Shown: positions 55,897 through 64,000 of the stretch, piece by piece
Numbering within the stretch: position 1 is the stretch's first letter
How the letters are laid out: each line of letters begins with the position of its first letter
Origin: Patescibacteria group bacterium
GTDB lineage: Bacteria; Patescibacteriota; Patescibacteriia; JACRDY01
DNA length: 64,000 bases
Reading direction: 5' to 3'
Assembly (NCBI GenBank): GCA_041650515.1
Contig: JBAZLA010000002.1
Location: 103,659-167,658 of the forward strand
The notes under the pieces: generated by a model
The model's database searches: none
What the model was told of the DNA's origin: nothing
Seen by the model: only the letters and a program-made list of their open reading frames with translations
Made by a program: the position numbers and the translations under genes

Positions 55897-56925
55897 TTAT
55901 TTCTGGTCTGATTGAAAGTCAGCTCGTTCTAGAGTCAGCAACCCTTTATGAGCTTTAGTATAATCAATCGTCTTTTGTAAACCATCTTCTAACCTAACCA
56001 CCGGCAGCCAGCCCAATTTTTCCTTAGCCAAGGTGATATCCGGCAAACCCAACGGAGTCATAAAAAGTAATGGATCTTTAAAAACAATCTGGGATTTTGA
56101 CCCGGTCATCTTAATAATCGATTGAGCAATATCATAGAGCCGATAATCTTCTTCTGAACCAAGATTAATCGGGCCGCTTTCCTCAGACTCCATTAATTTG
56201 ATAGCGCCATCTAAGATATCAGAAATATAACAAAGTGAACGTGAAAAAGTCTGATCACCATAAATTACTAAATCTCTATTTTCCAGAGCATCAACAATAA
56301 AATCAGGCAACATCTGGCCATCAAAAAGTTTCATCCGCGGCCCATAAGCAGTAAAAATCCGCGCAATCTTGGCATCTAGGTTATAAACCTGACGATAGGT
56401 CGCCACAATCGCTTCGGCAAATCGCTTACCTTCATCATAACAGGCGCGGGGCGACAGGAAATCGACTTGCCCAAGATAGTCTTCTCTAAACTGAGAACCA
56501 TCAACTGGCCGTGGGCCATAAACCACCGAAGAAGAAAAATGTAGAAACCTGGCCTTAAATTTTAAGGCTATCTCTAGAGCATTCTTAGTACCAATGGCAT
56601 TGGTATCGACAGTTTGAATTTTGTATTTCTCAAAATCCTTAGCCGACGTTGGGCAAGCTAAGTTATAAACTTGAGCAATACCGCGGGCCTTAATTTTGAA
56701 TTTTCGCAATTCGGGTAACGACTCTAAATCAATCGGCTGGCTAATATCATGCTTAATAAATTCAAAATTAGGGTTCCGAAGTAAATGGTCAATGTTCTCT
56801 TGAGCTCCAGAAATAAAATCGTCCAAAGCAATCACGTGGTGATGCTCGACTAAATAATCGCAGAGATGAGAGCCCATAAAACCAGCTCCGCCAATTACCA
56901 AAATATTTTTTCGCTCGATAACCAT
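55897..56925 (-). CDS. NAD-dependent epimerase/dehydratase (UDP-glucuronate decarboxylase-like)
   Basis: ILVIGGAGFMGSHL Rossmann motif; YDEGKR catalytic YxxxK. Confidence 0.8.
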   Translation of the reverse strand: MVIERKNILVIGGAGFMGSHLCDYLVEHHHVIALDDFISGAQENIDHLLRNPNFEFIKHDISQPIDLESLPELRKFKIKARGIAQVYNLACPTSAKDFEKYKIQTVDTNAIGTKNALEIALKFKARFLHFSSSVVYGPRPVDGSQFREDYLGQVDFLSPRACYDEGKRFAEAIVATYRQVYNLDAKIARIFTAYGPRMKLFDGQMLPDFIVDALENRDLVIYGDQTFSRSLCYISDILDGAIKLMESEESGPINLGSEEDYRLYDIAQSIIKMTGSKSQIVFKDPLLFMTPLGLPDITLAKEKLGWLPVVRLEDGLQKTIDYTKAHKGLLTLERADFQSDQK

Positions 56926-56993
56926 ATCCTTTTTAAAATTAAGAATTAAAAACTAAGAATTAACAACTAGCTTCTTGACACCACTATAAGTTA

Positions 56994-57419
56994 TTAATTC
57001 TTAATTATTAATCGTTTGAATGTCCAATAACGGTGCACCAAAAAGCTCCAAGCTAAAGAAATTGCAATGCCCACCATTTTAGCTAATAGATCATAGAATC
57101 CGAAGTGTTCAACCAAAATATACAAGGTTGATTCCACAATTGCCAAAGCCACCAAACTAACTACCAAAAACTTGCCATACTGACGGTAAAATCTTCCCGG
57201 TTCACGATTTTCAAAGGTCCAAAATTTGTTAACCCAGAAACTAAAAAAATTAGCAACTAAGAAAGATATAATGTTAGCGACCAGGTAATTTTTGGCCCAA
57301 AATGGCCAAATTCTAGTTAAACTGATATACACTGAAAAATCAACCCCTGTATTAAGTAAACCAATTAGACAGAATTTGGTCAATTGTTTGAAAGTACTAG
57401 TATTGATCAGGCTATTCAT
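56994..57419 (-). CDS. GtrA-family membrane protein
   Basis: KFCLIGLLNTGVDFSVY GtrA signature, 4 TM helices, 141 aa. Confidence 0.75.
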   Translation of the reverse strand: MNSLINTSTFKQLTKFCLIGLLNTGVDFSVYISLTRIWPFWAKNYLVANIISFLVANFFSFWVNKFWTFENREPGRFYRQYGKFLVVSLVALAIVESTLYILVEHFGFYDLLAKMVGIAISLAWSFLVHRYWTFKRLIIKN

Positions 57420-57421
57420 CT

Positions 57422-59512
57422 CTATTCAATTATAGCTAATTTTAGACCAAAATTATAGCTGGGACCAAAAACGGAAAACTCTTTCTCAACTTGACCTAGA
57501 TAATCGAAAATCTTAACTGCTCGTCCAGTCCGTCGCTGACTTAAAACTAGATCTGCCCAACCATCTTTATCATAATCACCAACGGCCAAATTAGCGCCGC
57601 CTAAAAACTGCTGATCGTAAGCCAAAAATTCTTTTTTTAGATTACCAGCGTTATCAAAAATCTTTACCCAAGGAGCTGATTGACCAGCCGGAACAGTAAC
57701 AATTTCCACCCGCTGATTAGCATCAACGTCACCGGCCGCAATTTTGACTCCGCCCAAAAAACTTCGATCATAGGCAAAAAACTGAGCCAAGACTTTACCG
57801 GTGGCATCAAAAATCCGAACATGCGGTCCACCACCAATATTAGCCGCGGTAATTATTTCTTTACTGCCATCTAGGTTAATATCACCAACCGCGAGGTTAA
57901 CGCCACTAGTCATTTTTTTATCATAGGCCAAAAATTCTTTTTTTAGATTACCAGCGTTATCAAAAATCTTCACCCAGGGCGCCAAGTCGCTAGCTGGAGC
58001 GGTAACAATTTCTACCCGCTGATCAGCATCAACATCACCGGCAACCACATTTACTCCGCCCAAAAAATTTCGATCATAGGCAAAAAACTGAGCTAAGACT
58101 TTGCCATTAACATCAAAAATCCGAACATGCGGTCCACCACCAATATTAGCCGCGGTAATGATTTCTTTGACACCATCAAGGTTGACATCGCCGACCGCTA
58201 AGTTAACCCCGCCACGAAAAGATTGCTGATAAGCCAAAAATTCTTTTTCTAGGACACCGCTTTGATTATAAACCTGGACCATTGGTTCATAACCGGTCGT
58301 CGGGGCAACGATCAATTTACTATCTAGACTAAAAGTAGGTTGACTATTAACTAACGGCGGCTGGACAACCGTCTCTTTTCTATTCTTATTATATTCAATC
58401 GCCGCCCAAACCGCTTTACCAACATTTAACCGACCAGCACCAATTCGCCCATTTTTAAAAACCGGGTTAAGTTGATCAATATTATCAGTGTTATCAGTTA
58501 GTAAATCAAGAACTTCTGTCGGGGTAAATTCTTTATTTATTGACTTGAGTAAGGCCGCCGCACCTGAAACCAGTGGCGCCGCTAATGAGGTCCCCTCCCA
58601 ACCACCACCATAGTATTGATTAAAATCTTTATTATTAGGTATATAAATCTGAGTCGAATAGATCTCTTGACCAGGGGCGGATAGGTCTAAGCACTTTGAA
58701 CCATAATTAGAAAATGTTGATCGATAGTCTCGTTCATCGGTCGATCCGACACCAACCACCATCTTTTTGCCAGCTAAAGTTTTATAACAGACCGGATAAA
58801 ACGGCGTAACATCCAGATCTAAACCACCGGCCAACGGCGCATTGCCAGAAGCAGCAACCACAACTACACCAGCCCGATGAGCTCGTTCGATGGCCGCCTG
58901 CAGATCAGAATAAGGAAAATTGCCTTGAAAACTCAAATTTAAAACATCAGCACCATTGTTAATCGCATAATCAATAGCCTCAACTGTCGGACCGATTGAA
59001 GCCATTCCATTATTATCCAAAACCTTTAAAGACATTATCTTGCTCTTCCAGGTCACGCCAGTTATCCCCCAGAGATTATCACCTTGGGCGGCGATCAAAC
59101 CAGCAATCAGCGTACCATGGTTTGCCCCTTCAAAAGAATAATCCTTGGAAAAATCAACCCAAGGCTGGTTGTTCTTATCAACAAAGTTCCAACCGTAAAT
59201 GTCATCGGCATAACCATTATTATCATTATCAATACCATCGCCATCAACCTCATCATAATTAATCCAAATATTACCGCTGAGATCAGGGTGATCAATATCA
59301 ACACCCGTATCCAAAACGGCCACAATCACCTCTTCTGAACCAACTGTATAGTCCCAAGCTTGCGGTAAATTGATCTTCTCAACGTACCACTGCAAAAAAT
59401 AATCAGGATCGTTGGGTCTCAGCGCTGCCGCCGGGGACAAAAAAATAACCAAATTAAAAGTAATAATTAAAAAAGAGATTAAAAACTGGCTTTTTCTCTT
59501 GCTAAAACGCAT
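57422..59512 (-). CDS. Secreted subtilisin-like serine protease (S8) with five C-terminal FG-GAP-type repeats
   Basis: Signal peptide; catalytic D (VAVLDTGVD), H (NHGTLIAG), S (GTSLAAPLVSGAAALL); C-terminal repeats AVGDVNLDGVKEIITAANIGGGPHVRIFD x5. Confidence 0.85.
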   Translation of the reverse strand: MRFSKRKSQFLISFLIITFNLVIFLSPAAALRPNDPDYFLQWYVEKINLPQAWDYTVGSEEVIVAVLDTGVDIDHPDLSGNIWINYDEVDGDGIDNDNNGYADDIYGWNFVDKNNQPWVDFSKDYSFEGANHGTLIAGLIAAQGDNLWGITGVTWKSKIMSLKVLDNNGMASIGPTVEAIDYAINNGADVLNLSFQGNFPYSDLQAAIERAHRAGVVVVAASGNAPLAGGLDLDVTPFYPVCYKTLAGKKMVVGVGSTDERDYRSTFSNYGSKCLDLSAPGQEIYSTQIYIPNNKDFNQYYGGGWEGTSLAAPLVSGAAALLKSINKEFTPTEVLDLLTDNTDNIDQLNPVFKNGRIGAGRLNVGKAVWAAIEYNKNRKETVVQPPLVNSQPTFSLDSKLIVAPTTGYEPMVQVYNQSGVLEKEFLAYQQSFRGGVNLAVGDVNLDGVKEIITAANIGGGPHVRIFDVNGKVLAQFFAYDRNFLGGVNVVAGDVDADQRVEIVTAPASDLAPWVKIFDNAGNLKKEFLAYDKKMTSGVNLAVGDINLDGSKEIITAANIGGGPHVRIFDATGKVLAQFFAYDRSFLGGVKIAAGDVDANQRVEIVTVPAGQSAPWVKIFDNAGNLKKEFLAYDQQFLGGANLAVGDYDKDGWADLVLSQRRTGRAVKIFDYLGQVEKEFSVFGPSYNFGLKLAIIE

Positions 59513-59588
59513 CGATTCATTTTTAAGATTAATGACTCTATTTTACACTAAATAGAGTCAAAAGTAAACCAGATTTTACTTAAAAAAA

Positions 59589-59610
59589 ACCCGACTCTGA
59601 CGAATCGGGT
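59589..59610 (-). terminator. Rho-independent terminator of proC
   Basis: Minus strand ACCCGA-ttcgtcagag-TCGGGT followed by TTTTTTTT, 7 nt after proC stop. Confidence 0.5.
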
Positions 59611-59616
59611 AGATCC

Positions 59617-60444
59617 TTAAGCACCAAGAAGCTGGGCTTTATCAAAAGCCGCTTTGATGCCTTCTTTGAGGCAAGCGGCCAAGCCGCGACGGTCAAAGAC
59701 ATAAAGGGCCTCAACCGTTGTTCCGCCGGGCGAGGTGACTTCATCACGAAGCTGGGCCAAATGTTTTTCCGGCGCCAATTCAGCTAGTGCCAAAGCGCCT
59801 TTGAAAGTTTGGATCACCAACTCGCGCACCCGGCTCCAGGGAAAGCCGAGCATGACTGCCCCATCGATGACTGATTCAACGATTTGGCAGACATAGGCTG
59901 GTCCGGAACCGAAGACGGCAGTGGCAACATCAATCAGCTTTTCCTTCTGGACTTCGCACTCTTTGCCCCACAAAGCAAAGATTTGGCGCGCCAATTTAAG
60001 CTGTTCTTGGGTCACCTCGGCTGAACGCAACCAAACCGTCACGCCCTGACCGATTCGCGCTGGCGTATTAGGCATTGAACGGATGATCCGTTGATGCTCA
60101 AAACCAGCTTGCAGCGACTGCAATTTAATACCGGCCGCGATAGAGATCACTAAAGTTTCCGCCGAAATCCGGCCCCGCAGTTGTGGGTAGAGATCAGGCA
60201 CGTTTTGCGGCTTAACAGCTACGATGATCACTTGAACCGTTGCCAGATACTCGCGGCTGCCCACCACCACCTCGACTTTGGGCAAAAAGATATTGGCTAG
60301 CGCCTGCTGCTGTTTGCGGTTTTTAACCGCCAAAATCACCCGACCAGCCCAGCCGTTCTGGGACAAAATTTGGGTAATCGCTTTGCCCATATTGCCGCCG
60401 CCGATGATCAGAACATTAATCGCTGACTGTTTTTTGGAAGCCAT
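59617..60444 (-). CDS. proC: Pyrroline-5-carboxylate reductase
   Basis: INVLIIGGGNMGKAI NADP-binding motif, full-length P5CR fold motifs (VKPQ, GSGPAY); strong SD AAGGAG; GC content visibly higher (about 52%) than neighbours. Confidence 0.85.
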   Translation of the reverse strand: MASKKQSAINVLIIGGGNMGKAITQILSQNGWAGRVILAVKNRKQQQALANIFLPKVEVVVGSREYLATVQVIIVAVKPQNVPDLYPQLRGRISAETLVISIAAGIKLQSLQAGFEHQRIIRSMPNTPARIGQGVTVWLRSAEVTQEQLKLARQIFALWGKECEVQKEKLIDVATAVFGSGPAYVCQIVESVIDGAVMLGFPWSRVRELVIQTFKGALALAELAPEKHLAQLRDEVTSPGGTTVEALYVFDRRGLAACLKEGIKAAFDKAQLLGA

Positions 60445-60479
60445 GGCCTCTCTCCTTTGGTTGGTGTTAAGGAACGAAA

Positions 60480-60501
60480 AATCAGCCTTGATTGGCTGAT
60501 T
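60480..60501. promoter_or_regulatory. Perfect 8-bp inverted repeat AATCAGCC-ttgatt-GGCTGATT upstream of proC (operator candidate)
   Basis: 36-57 nt upstream of proC start; followed by direct repeat GCTGATT GCTGATC. Confidence 0.35.
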
Positions 60502-60635
60502 GCTGATCCTTATTCACCAAAAAGGGAAAAATTAAATATAAGACCAACCAACAGCCAACCAAGTTAGCTTAGGTGGTCGAGTCAAAAAATTATTTTTTAA
60601 ATAAATTAAAATCATAAATTAATAAATTAAAAAAC

Positions 60636-60663
60636 CGGCTATTCCAGAGCCGGCTACCCAAAA
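60636..60663 (-). terminator. Rho-independent terminator candidate downstream of flavodoxin gene
   Basis: Minus strand AGCCGG-ctggaat-CCGGCT... wait stem ccggct/agccgg with 7-nt loop followed by TTTTTAATTT. Confidence 0.4.
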
Positions 60664-60746
60664 TCTAAACTGACACCATTAGGTGCTTTGGGTAACCGTT
60701 AATTTTGGGGGTAATATTTGTCTCATACTCTTTAGATAATAGCAAA

Positions 60747-61241
60747 CTAAGTGGAACTAGTCAATAAATCAATCTCTCTGGCCCACTGGCTAACTTTTCG
60801 GGTCGCTGACTCAACACCTTCCTTCAACGGCTCATCAAAATCAATCTGACCGAGGATAATATTACCAACCAGCCGTTTTTTAAGATTTTCTAATGTTTTC
60901 CGCGGACTACCGCCGTGGCAACACCAAAGAGCAATCTTTTTATTTTCTAACTTAATCTGCGCCAAAAAACTGCTTACCACCGGCGAATAAGTATAAGACC
61001 AAACCGGCGTACCCAAAAATATTAAATCATAATCTAGCGGATTCTTGTCTAATGGCAACAACTCTGGCTTTTCCTTTAAAACCACCTGCTTGCCGCCCCA
61101 AAAATATTTTAGAAAACCTTCTTGAGCGATCTCTTTTTTGGGCTTTAATTTTAAAACATCAGCCCCAATACAGGTAGCAATAGTTTGGGCAATAAAACGA
61201 GTATTGCCGGTCAAAGAATAAAAAACAACTATTTTTTTCAT
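60747..61241 (-). CDS. Flavodoxin-family protein
   Basis: KIVVFYSLTGNTRFIAQ FMN-binding T/SxTGxT motif, about 160 aa. Confidence 0.75.
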   Translation of the reverse strand: MKKIVVFYSLTGNTRFIAQTIATCIGADVLKLKPKKEIAQEGFLKYFWGGKQVVLKEKPELLPLDKNPLDYDLIFLGTPVWSYTYSPVVSSFLAQIKLENKKIALWCCHGGSPRKTLENLKKRLVGNIILGQIDFDEPLKEGVESATRKVSQWAREIDLLTSST

Positions 61242-61252
61242 TTATCGATATT

Positions 61253-61681
61253 TTACTGAGTAGACTGACTAGTTGGACACTCACCCGTCAAATATCCCCA
61301 ATTAATATAGGTCGCGCTGCCCACACTACGCTGGCCAGTCGGGCCATAGAACTGACACAGAAAACAAGGATTATTATAAGTTAAATTAGTAATCATTTCT
61401 TGACCGCTCGATGAAATAATCTTGTAATAATTACAGACTAACTCTTGGGGCAAAGTACTACAGTCCAAAAATCGACCCTGCGTATCGGGCGTAACATACT
61501 GGGGATTACAAGCATTCAAACTGCCTAAAGTACCTAGATCTAGCTCTAGACCTAGAGACTGATTAATATCATTGGTAATCACTGGCCCGGGATTATTAGC
61601 CACAGAATTGCGCCAAAGCCAAAAAACAAAAACCGCCGCTAGAATCAAGATCACTACAATGATAACTAAACGTTTTTCCAT
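61253..61681 (-). CDS. Small secreted Cys-containing protein, unknown function
   Basis: N-terminal signal anchor IIVVILILAAVFVFWLW; 8 Cys; no motif. Confidence 0.45.
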   Translation of the reverse strand: MEKRLVIIVVILILAAVFVFWLWRNSVANNPGPVITNDINQSLGLELDLGTLGSLNACNPQYVTPDTQGRFLDCSTLPQELVCNYYKIISSSGQEMITNLTYNNPCFLCQFYGPTGQRSVGSATYINWGYLTGECPTSQSTQ

Positions 61682-61740
61682 ATATTTTGATATTAATCTA
61701 AGTTTATTATAGCACTTCTAGCCTAAATAATGCCAATTCC

Positions 61741-62115
61741 CTACTTATCTATCCCGGTTATTCTGCTACAAATTGCCTCAATATCCGAAACAACTCCCAT
61801 CGTATTTTTAAAAACTTCTCTGGCGGTATATCTTCTAACAACCAAACCTAAACTACACAAATATTTTTCTCGTTCTCTGTCTTTTTTATAAACCACTGGG
61901 TCATCGTGATACTGACCGTCAACTTCGATCACCAGTTTTAATTCTGGGCAATAAAAATCAACCACGTAATTGCCGATCCCTTGCTGTCTTCTAAATTTAT
62001 ATCCTAGCTGCCGATTGTTTATCTTATACCACAATTTGTTCTCGACTTTAGTGGAACTGTGACGTAGTTTAGAACGTAAATTTTTAAATTTTTTTCTATT
62101 AAATGTCTGACCCAT
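61741..62115 (-). CDS. DUF559 (Vsr-like endonuclease fold) domain protein
   Basis: NRQLGYKFRRQQGIGNYVVDFYCPELKLVIEVDG...HDD...RREREKYLCSLGLVVRRYTAREV matches DUF559 consensus. Confidence 0.75.
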   Translation of the reverse strand: MGQTFNRKKFKNLRSKLRHSSTKVENKLWYKINNRQLGYKFRRQQGIGNYVVDFYCPELKLVIEVDGQYHDDPVVYKKDREREKYLCSLGLVVRRYTAREVFKNTMGVVSDIEAICSRITGIDK

Positions 62116-62128
62116 AACTTAGATATTC

Positions 62129-62220
62129 ATCTCCAGCACCCCACCCTGTCCCTCCCCTTAGCAGGGGAGAATGCGTCTCCTCCCCTGCTAAGGGGAGGGA
62201 CAGGGTGGGGTGCTGGAGAT
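62129..62220. repeat. 92-bp perfect GC-rich palindrome (41-bp arms, 10-nt spacer)
   Basis: atctccagcaccccaccctgtccctccccttagcaggggag / aatgcgtctc / ctcccctgctaaggggagggacagggtggggtgctggagat; arms are exact reverse complements; 14 nt upstream of DUF559 start. Confidence 0.9.
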
Positions 62221-62281
62221 CGTTTTGAAAATACAAAAATAGAGTCTATCTCAACTCTACTATCTTAAAGATTAAATTTTT

Positions 62282-63094
62282 CTAAAGTTTCACCACCTGG
62301 CGCTGCCGTTTGGTGAATTGAATATATTCGCTGTAGCCGACTGCCTTAGCCAGAGCCAAGGCTTGGTCAAAATATCGCCCAATCCGATCTGGGCTGTGCG
62401 CATCCGAGCCAAAAGTAATCGGCACCCCGGCTTTAAATAGCGCAATTAAAAATCCTTTACTCGGATAAATCTCCTGACACGGCGCTTCCAACCCGCTGGA
62501 ATTAATCTCAACCACTACCCCGGTTTCTTTAAACACTTTAGCGGTTTGGTTAAATACGTCAGTCAAATCACCCTTGGGTTTGGGCGCATATTTTTTAATC
62601 AAATCCGGATGAGCCATAATATCAAACAGCCCGGTCCGCGCTGCGTCTTGCAGTAATTGGTGATAAGTTTGAAACAATTTATCCGGATCCAAGAGAGCAA
62701 TTTTATCCCGTTCATAATAATAATGCCCGTTATCAAGATAATTTTTCTCATCATCGCACTGCCAATTACCAATATAGTGAATCGCGCCCAAAATATAATC
62801 CAGCTCAGACAAATATGGCTCGAGTATTTTCACCACTTGGGAATGATAATCGGGCAAATAATCCACTTCCATCCCCCATTTGATACTGAGCTTGCTTGTT
62901 TGTCTAGTTTGTTTAACTTTTTCCAAAATCTGCGATATCTCGCTAGCTTTACCCGACCACTCTGGCTCATCAAAAGAAAAATGATCAGAAAACCCAATTT
63001 CCGTCATTCCTTTTTCTTTAGCTCCGACCACCATTTCAAGGTGACTATTGTAACCATCGGAAAAAGTGGTGTGCATGTGATAATCAGCAAGCAT
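62282..63094 (-). CDS. PHP-family histidinol-phosphatase-like protein
   Basis: MLADYHMHTTFSDG PHP motif, further His/Asp metal ligands (GFSDH, HPD, GSDAH). Confidence 0.75.
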   Translation of the reverse strand: MLADYHMHTTFSDGYNSHLEMVVGAKEKGMTEIGFSDHFSFDEPEWSGKASEISQILEKVKQTRQTSKLSIKWGMEVDYLPDYHSQVVKILEPYLSELDYILGAIHYIGNWQCDDEKNYLDNGHYYYERDKIALLDPDKLFQTYHQLLQDAARTGLFDIMAHPDLIKKYAPKPKGDLTDVFNQTAKVFKETGVVVEINSSGLEAPCQEIYPSKGFLIALFKAGVPITFGSDAHSPDRIGRYFDQALALAKAVGYSEYIQFTKRQRQVVKL

Positions 63095-63104
63095 ACTTAT
63101 TTTT

Positions 63105-63530
63105 TTAAACTACACTTCGACAATTTTTGCTCCCACATTTGCATTTCATACCTTTAATAGTACTATATTCTTGAAAATAATTTCCGGTTATTTCTTCGCC
63201 TTTTCTAATCTTTTTAACTGCCACATCGCAAAAATTCTTAACATGCGTATTGGGATCACAAGAATGATTAATAAATCTTTCTGGCGACCGCAAAATAGCA
63301 TATTTACCACGACCCAAACAAATTGTGTGCTCTTTTTGCCAAGTTGAGAGATTATTTCTTTGTTGCTTAGAAACTATCCTATTTAAATTCCATCGTAAAA
63401 TCACTTCCCCCTTTTTGTACTCTCGCGCGGCAAATACTCCTCGCCCACTAATTTTTGATTTTTTAACTATCACATCAGACATATTTTTTCTTAACTCAAG
63501 TCCCTGGTTAATCACCATCTGCCCTCTCAC
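63105..63530 (-). CDS. SET-domain protein (putative protein-lysine methyltransferase)
   Basis: GRGVFAAREYKKGEVI, RFINHSCDPN, GEEITGNY and post-SET CKCGSKNC; true start may be the internal MSDVIV (63482). Confidence 0.7.
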   Translation of the reverse strand: MRGQMVINQGLELRKNMSDVIVKKSKISGRGVFAAREYKKGEVILRWNLNRIVSKQQRNNLSTWQKEHTICLGRGKYAILRSPERFINHSCDPNTHVKNFCDVAVKKIRKGEEITGNYFQEYSTIKGMKCKCGSKNCRSVV

Positions 63531-63928
63531 TATTTTGAAATATATTTTTTCTTTATCTCCCTAGCTAAACCATGAATAACTCCAAACATTAAACCCCAAA
63601 ACAATGGCGCGACCACTAAACCTACTATAGCAAAACTATAAGCTACCGCCGCCCTTCCCATCCCTATAATACCAAACAAACGTGCTACCGGCACAAATAT
63701 AATAAGGGGAGGGCCAAATATCACCCAACCATAAATATGATCTATGGCATCGGGATCTCCACCTGTAAGCATAACAATAACCAAAGGAAGGATATATCCC
63801 AAGGTGAATGCACCCCTTGATATCCATTTTGATTTGATCCTATTTACCCCATAAAGAGACAAAATAAAAACAGTTACTGGCACGGTTAGCATCTCAAAAA
63901 TCGCAATCGGCCAATAGATATCGTCCAA
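63530..63928 (-). CDS. Membrane protein, unknown function
   Basis: 132 aa with 4 hydrophobic helices; overlaps SET gene start by 1 nt. Confidence 0.45.
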   Translation of the reverse strand: MDDIYWPIAIFEMLTVPVTVFILSLYGVNRIKSKWISRGAFTLGYILPLVIVMLTGGDPDAIDHIYGWVIFGPPLIIFVPVARLFGIIGMGRAAVAYSFAIVGLVVAPLFWGLMFGVIHGLAREIKKKYISK

Positions 63929-64000
63929 CCAAGATCCCCGTTCAGGAAAATAAAAATAGGTTGCAAACGGCAGAGCAAAAAGTAAAATTTGGATAATGCC

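Noticed and set aside
1-64000. Alternative genetic code (UGA recoding as in Gracilibacteria/Absconditabacteria)
   Set aside because: RF2 (prfB) is present with its UGA-dependent frameshift site, and ORFs of 2769 and 3187 aa are open under the standard code with normal TAA/TAG/TGA stops. Code 11 is adequate

Overview
This is a low-GC (about 40%), gene-dense bacterial chromosomal segment. It uses the standard code: TGA acts as a stop at the prfB frameshift site, RF2 is present, and ORFs of 2769 and 3187 aa have no internal stops. The content looks like a CPR/Patescibacteria-type or otherwise monoderm organism, with giant Cys-rich surface proteins, a Gram-positive-type (PrgI/VirB4/VirB6-like) T4SS-like cluster next to comFC, few SD sequences and tight co-directional packing. 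Gene blocks in order:
(1) 1-11.6 kb, + strand: htpX (5' partial), a membrane protein, clpC, a Pro/Glu-rich low-complexity protein, a PD40 beta-propeller, then four tandem paralogous secreted Cys-rich proteins, then mpg translationally coupled to the last of the four. The four paralogs share a conserved two-helix hydrophobic hairpin (VirB2/TrbC-like topology) and have different C-terminal domains. One C-terminal domain is an M15-type peptidoglycan peptidase and one is a 3D/MltA-YuiC-type domain.
(2) 11.6-13.7 kb: a REP-associated tyrosine transposase (RAYT, IS200-like Y1) with an in-frame GC-rich REP-like compound palindrome inside its own coding sequence. It is followed by a GC-rich island with two paralogous small basic proteins under a perfect consensus sigma70 promoter, and a 102-bp nested four-stem perfect palindrome.
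(3) recG; a tRNA-Arg whose 5' flank plus its first 12 nt is tandemly duplicated (100-bp unit, about 2.2 copies); and two tRNA-Ser behind a consensus promoter.
(4) 17-37.7 kb, - strand: comFC, a VirB8-like anchor (tentative), VirB4 split into N- and C-terminal ORFs by an in-frame TAA, a PrgI/VirB3-like protein, metK, a VirB6-like 998-aa membrane protein, a 2769-aa Cys-rich giant secreted protein and a Ca-binding repeat protein.
(5) rsmA, tsaC, a galE-like epimerase, and prfB with the canonical +1 programmed frameshift (the ORF track shows only the downstream frame).
(6) A 3187-aa surface protein (FG-GAP repeats, Myxococcus-type Cys-rich repeats, CarboxypepD_reg-like domains) and a glycosylation cluster (GT4, GT4, GT2 with an in-frame GC-rich tandem repeat, DUF2304, GT2, UXS-like, GtrA). 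These are followed by an S8 protease with FG-GAP repeats, a GC-richer proC, flavodoxin, DUF559, a 92-bp perfect GC-rich palindrome, a PHP phosphatase and a SET-domain protein.
Anomalous GC-rich palindromic or repeat insertions recur through an otherwise AT-rich genome, and two of them sit in-frame inside genes.
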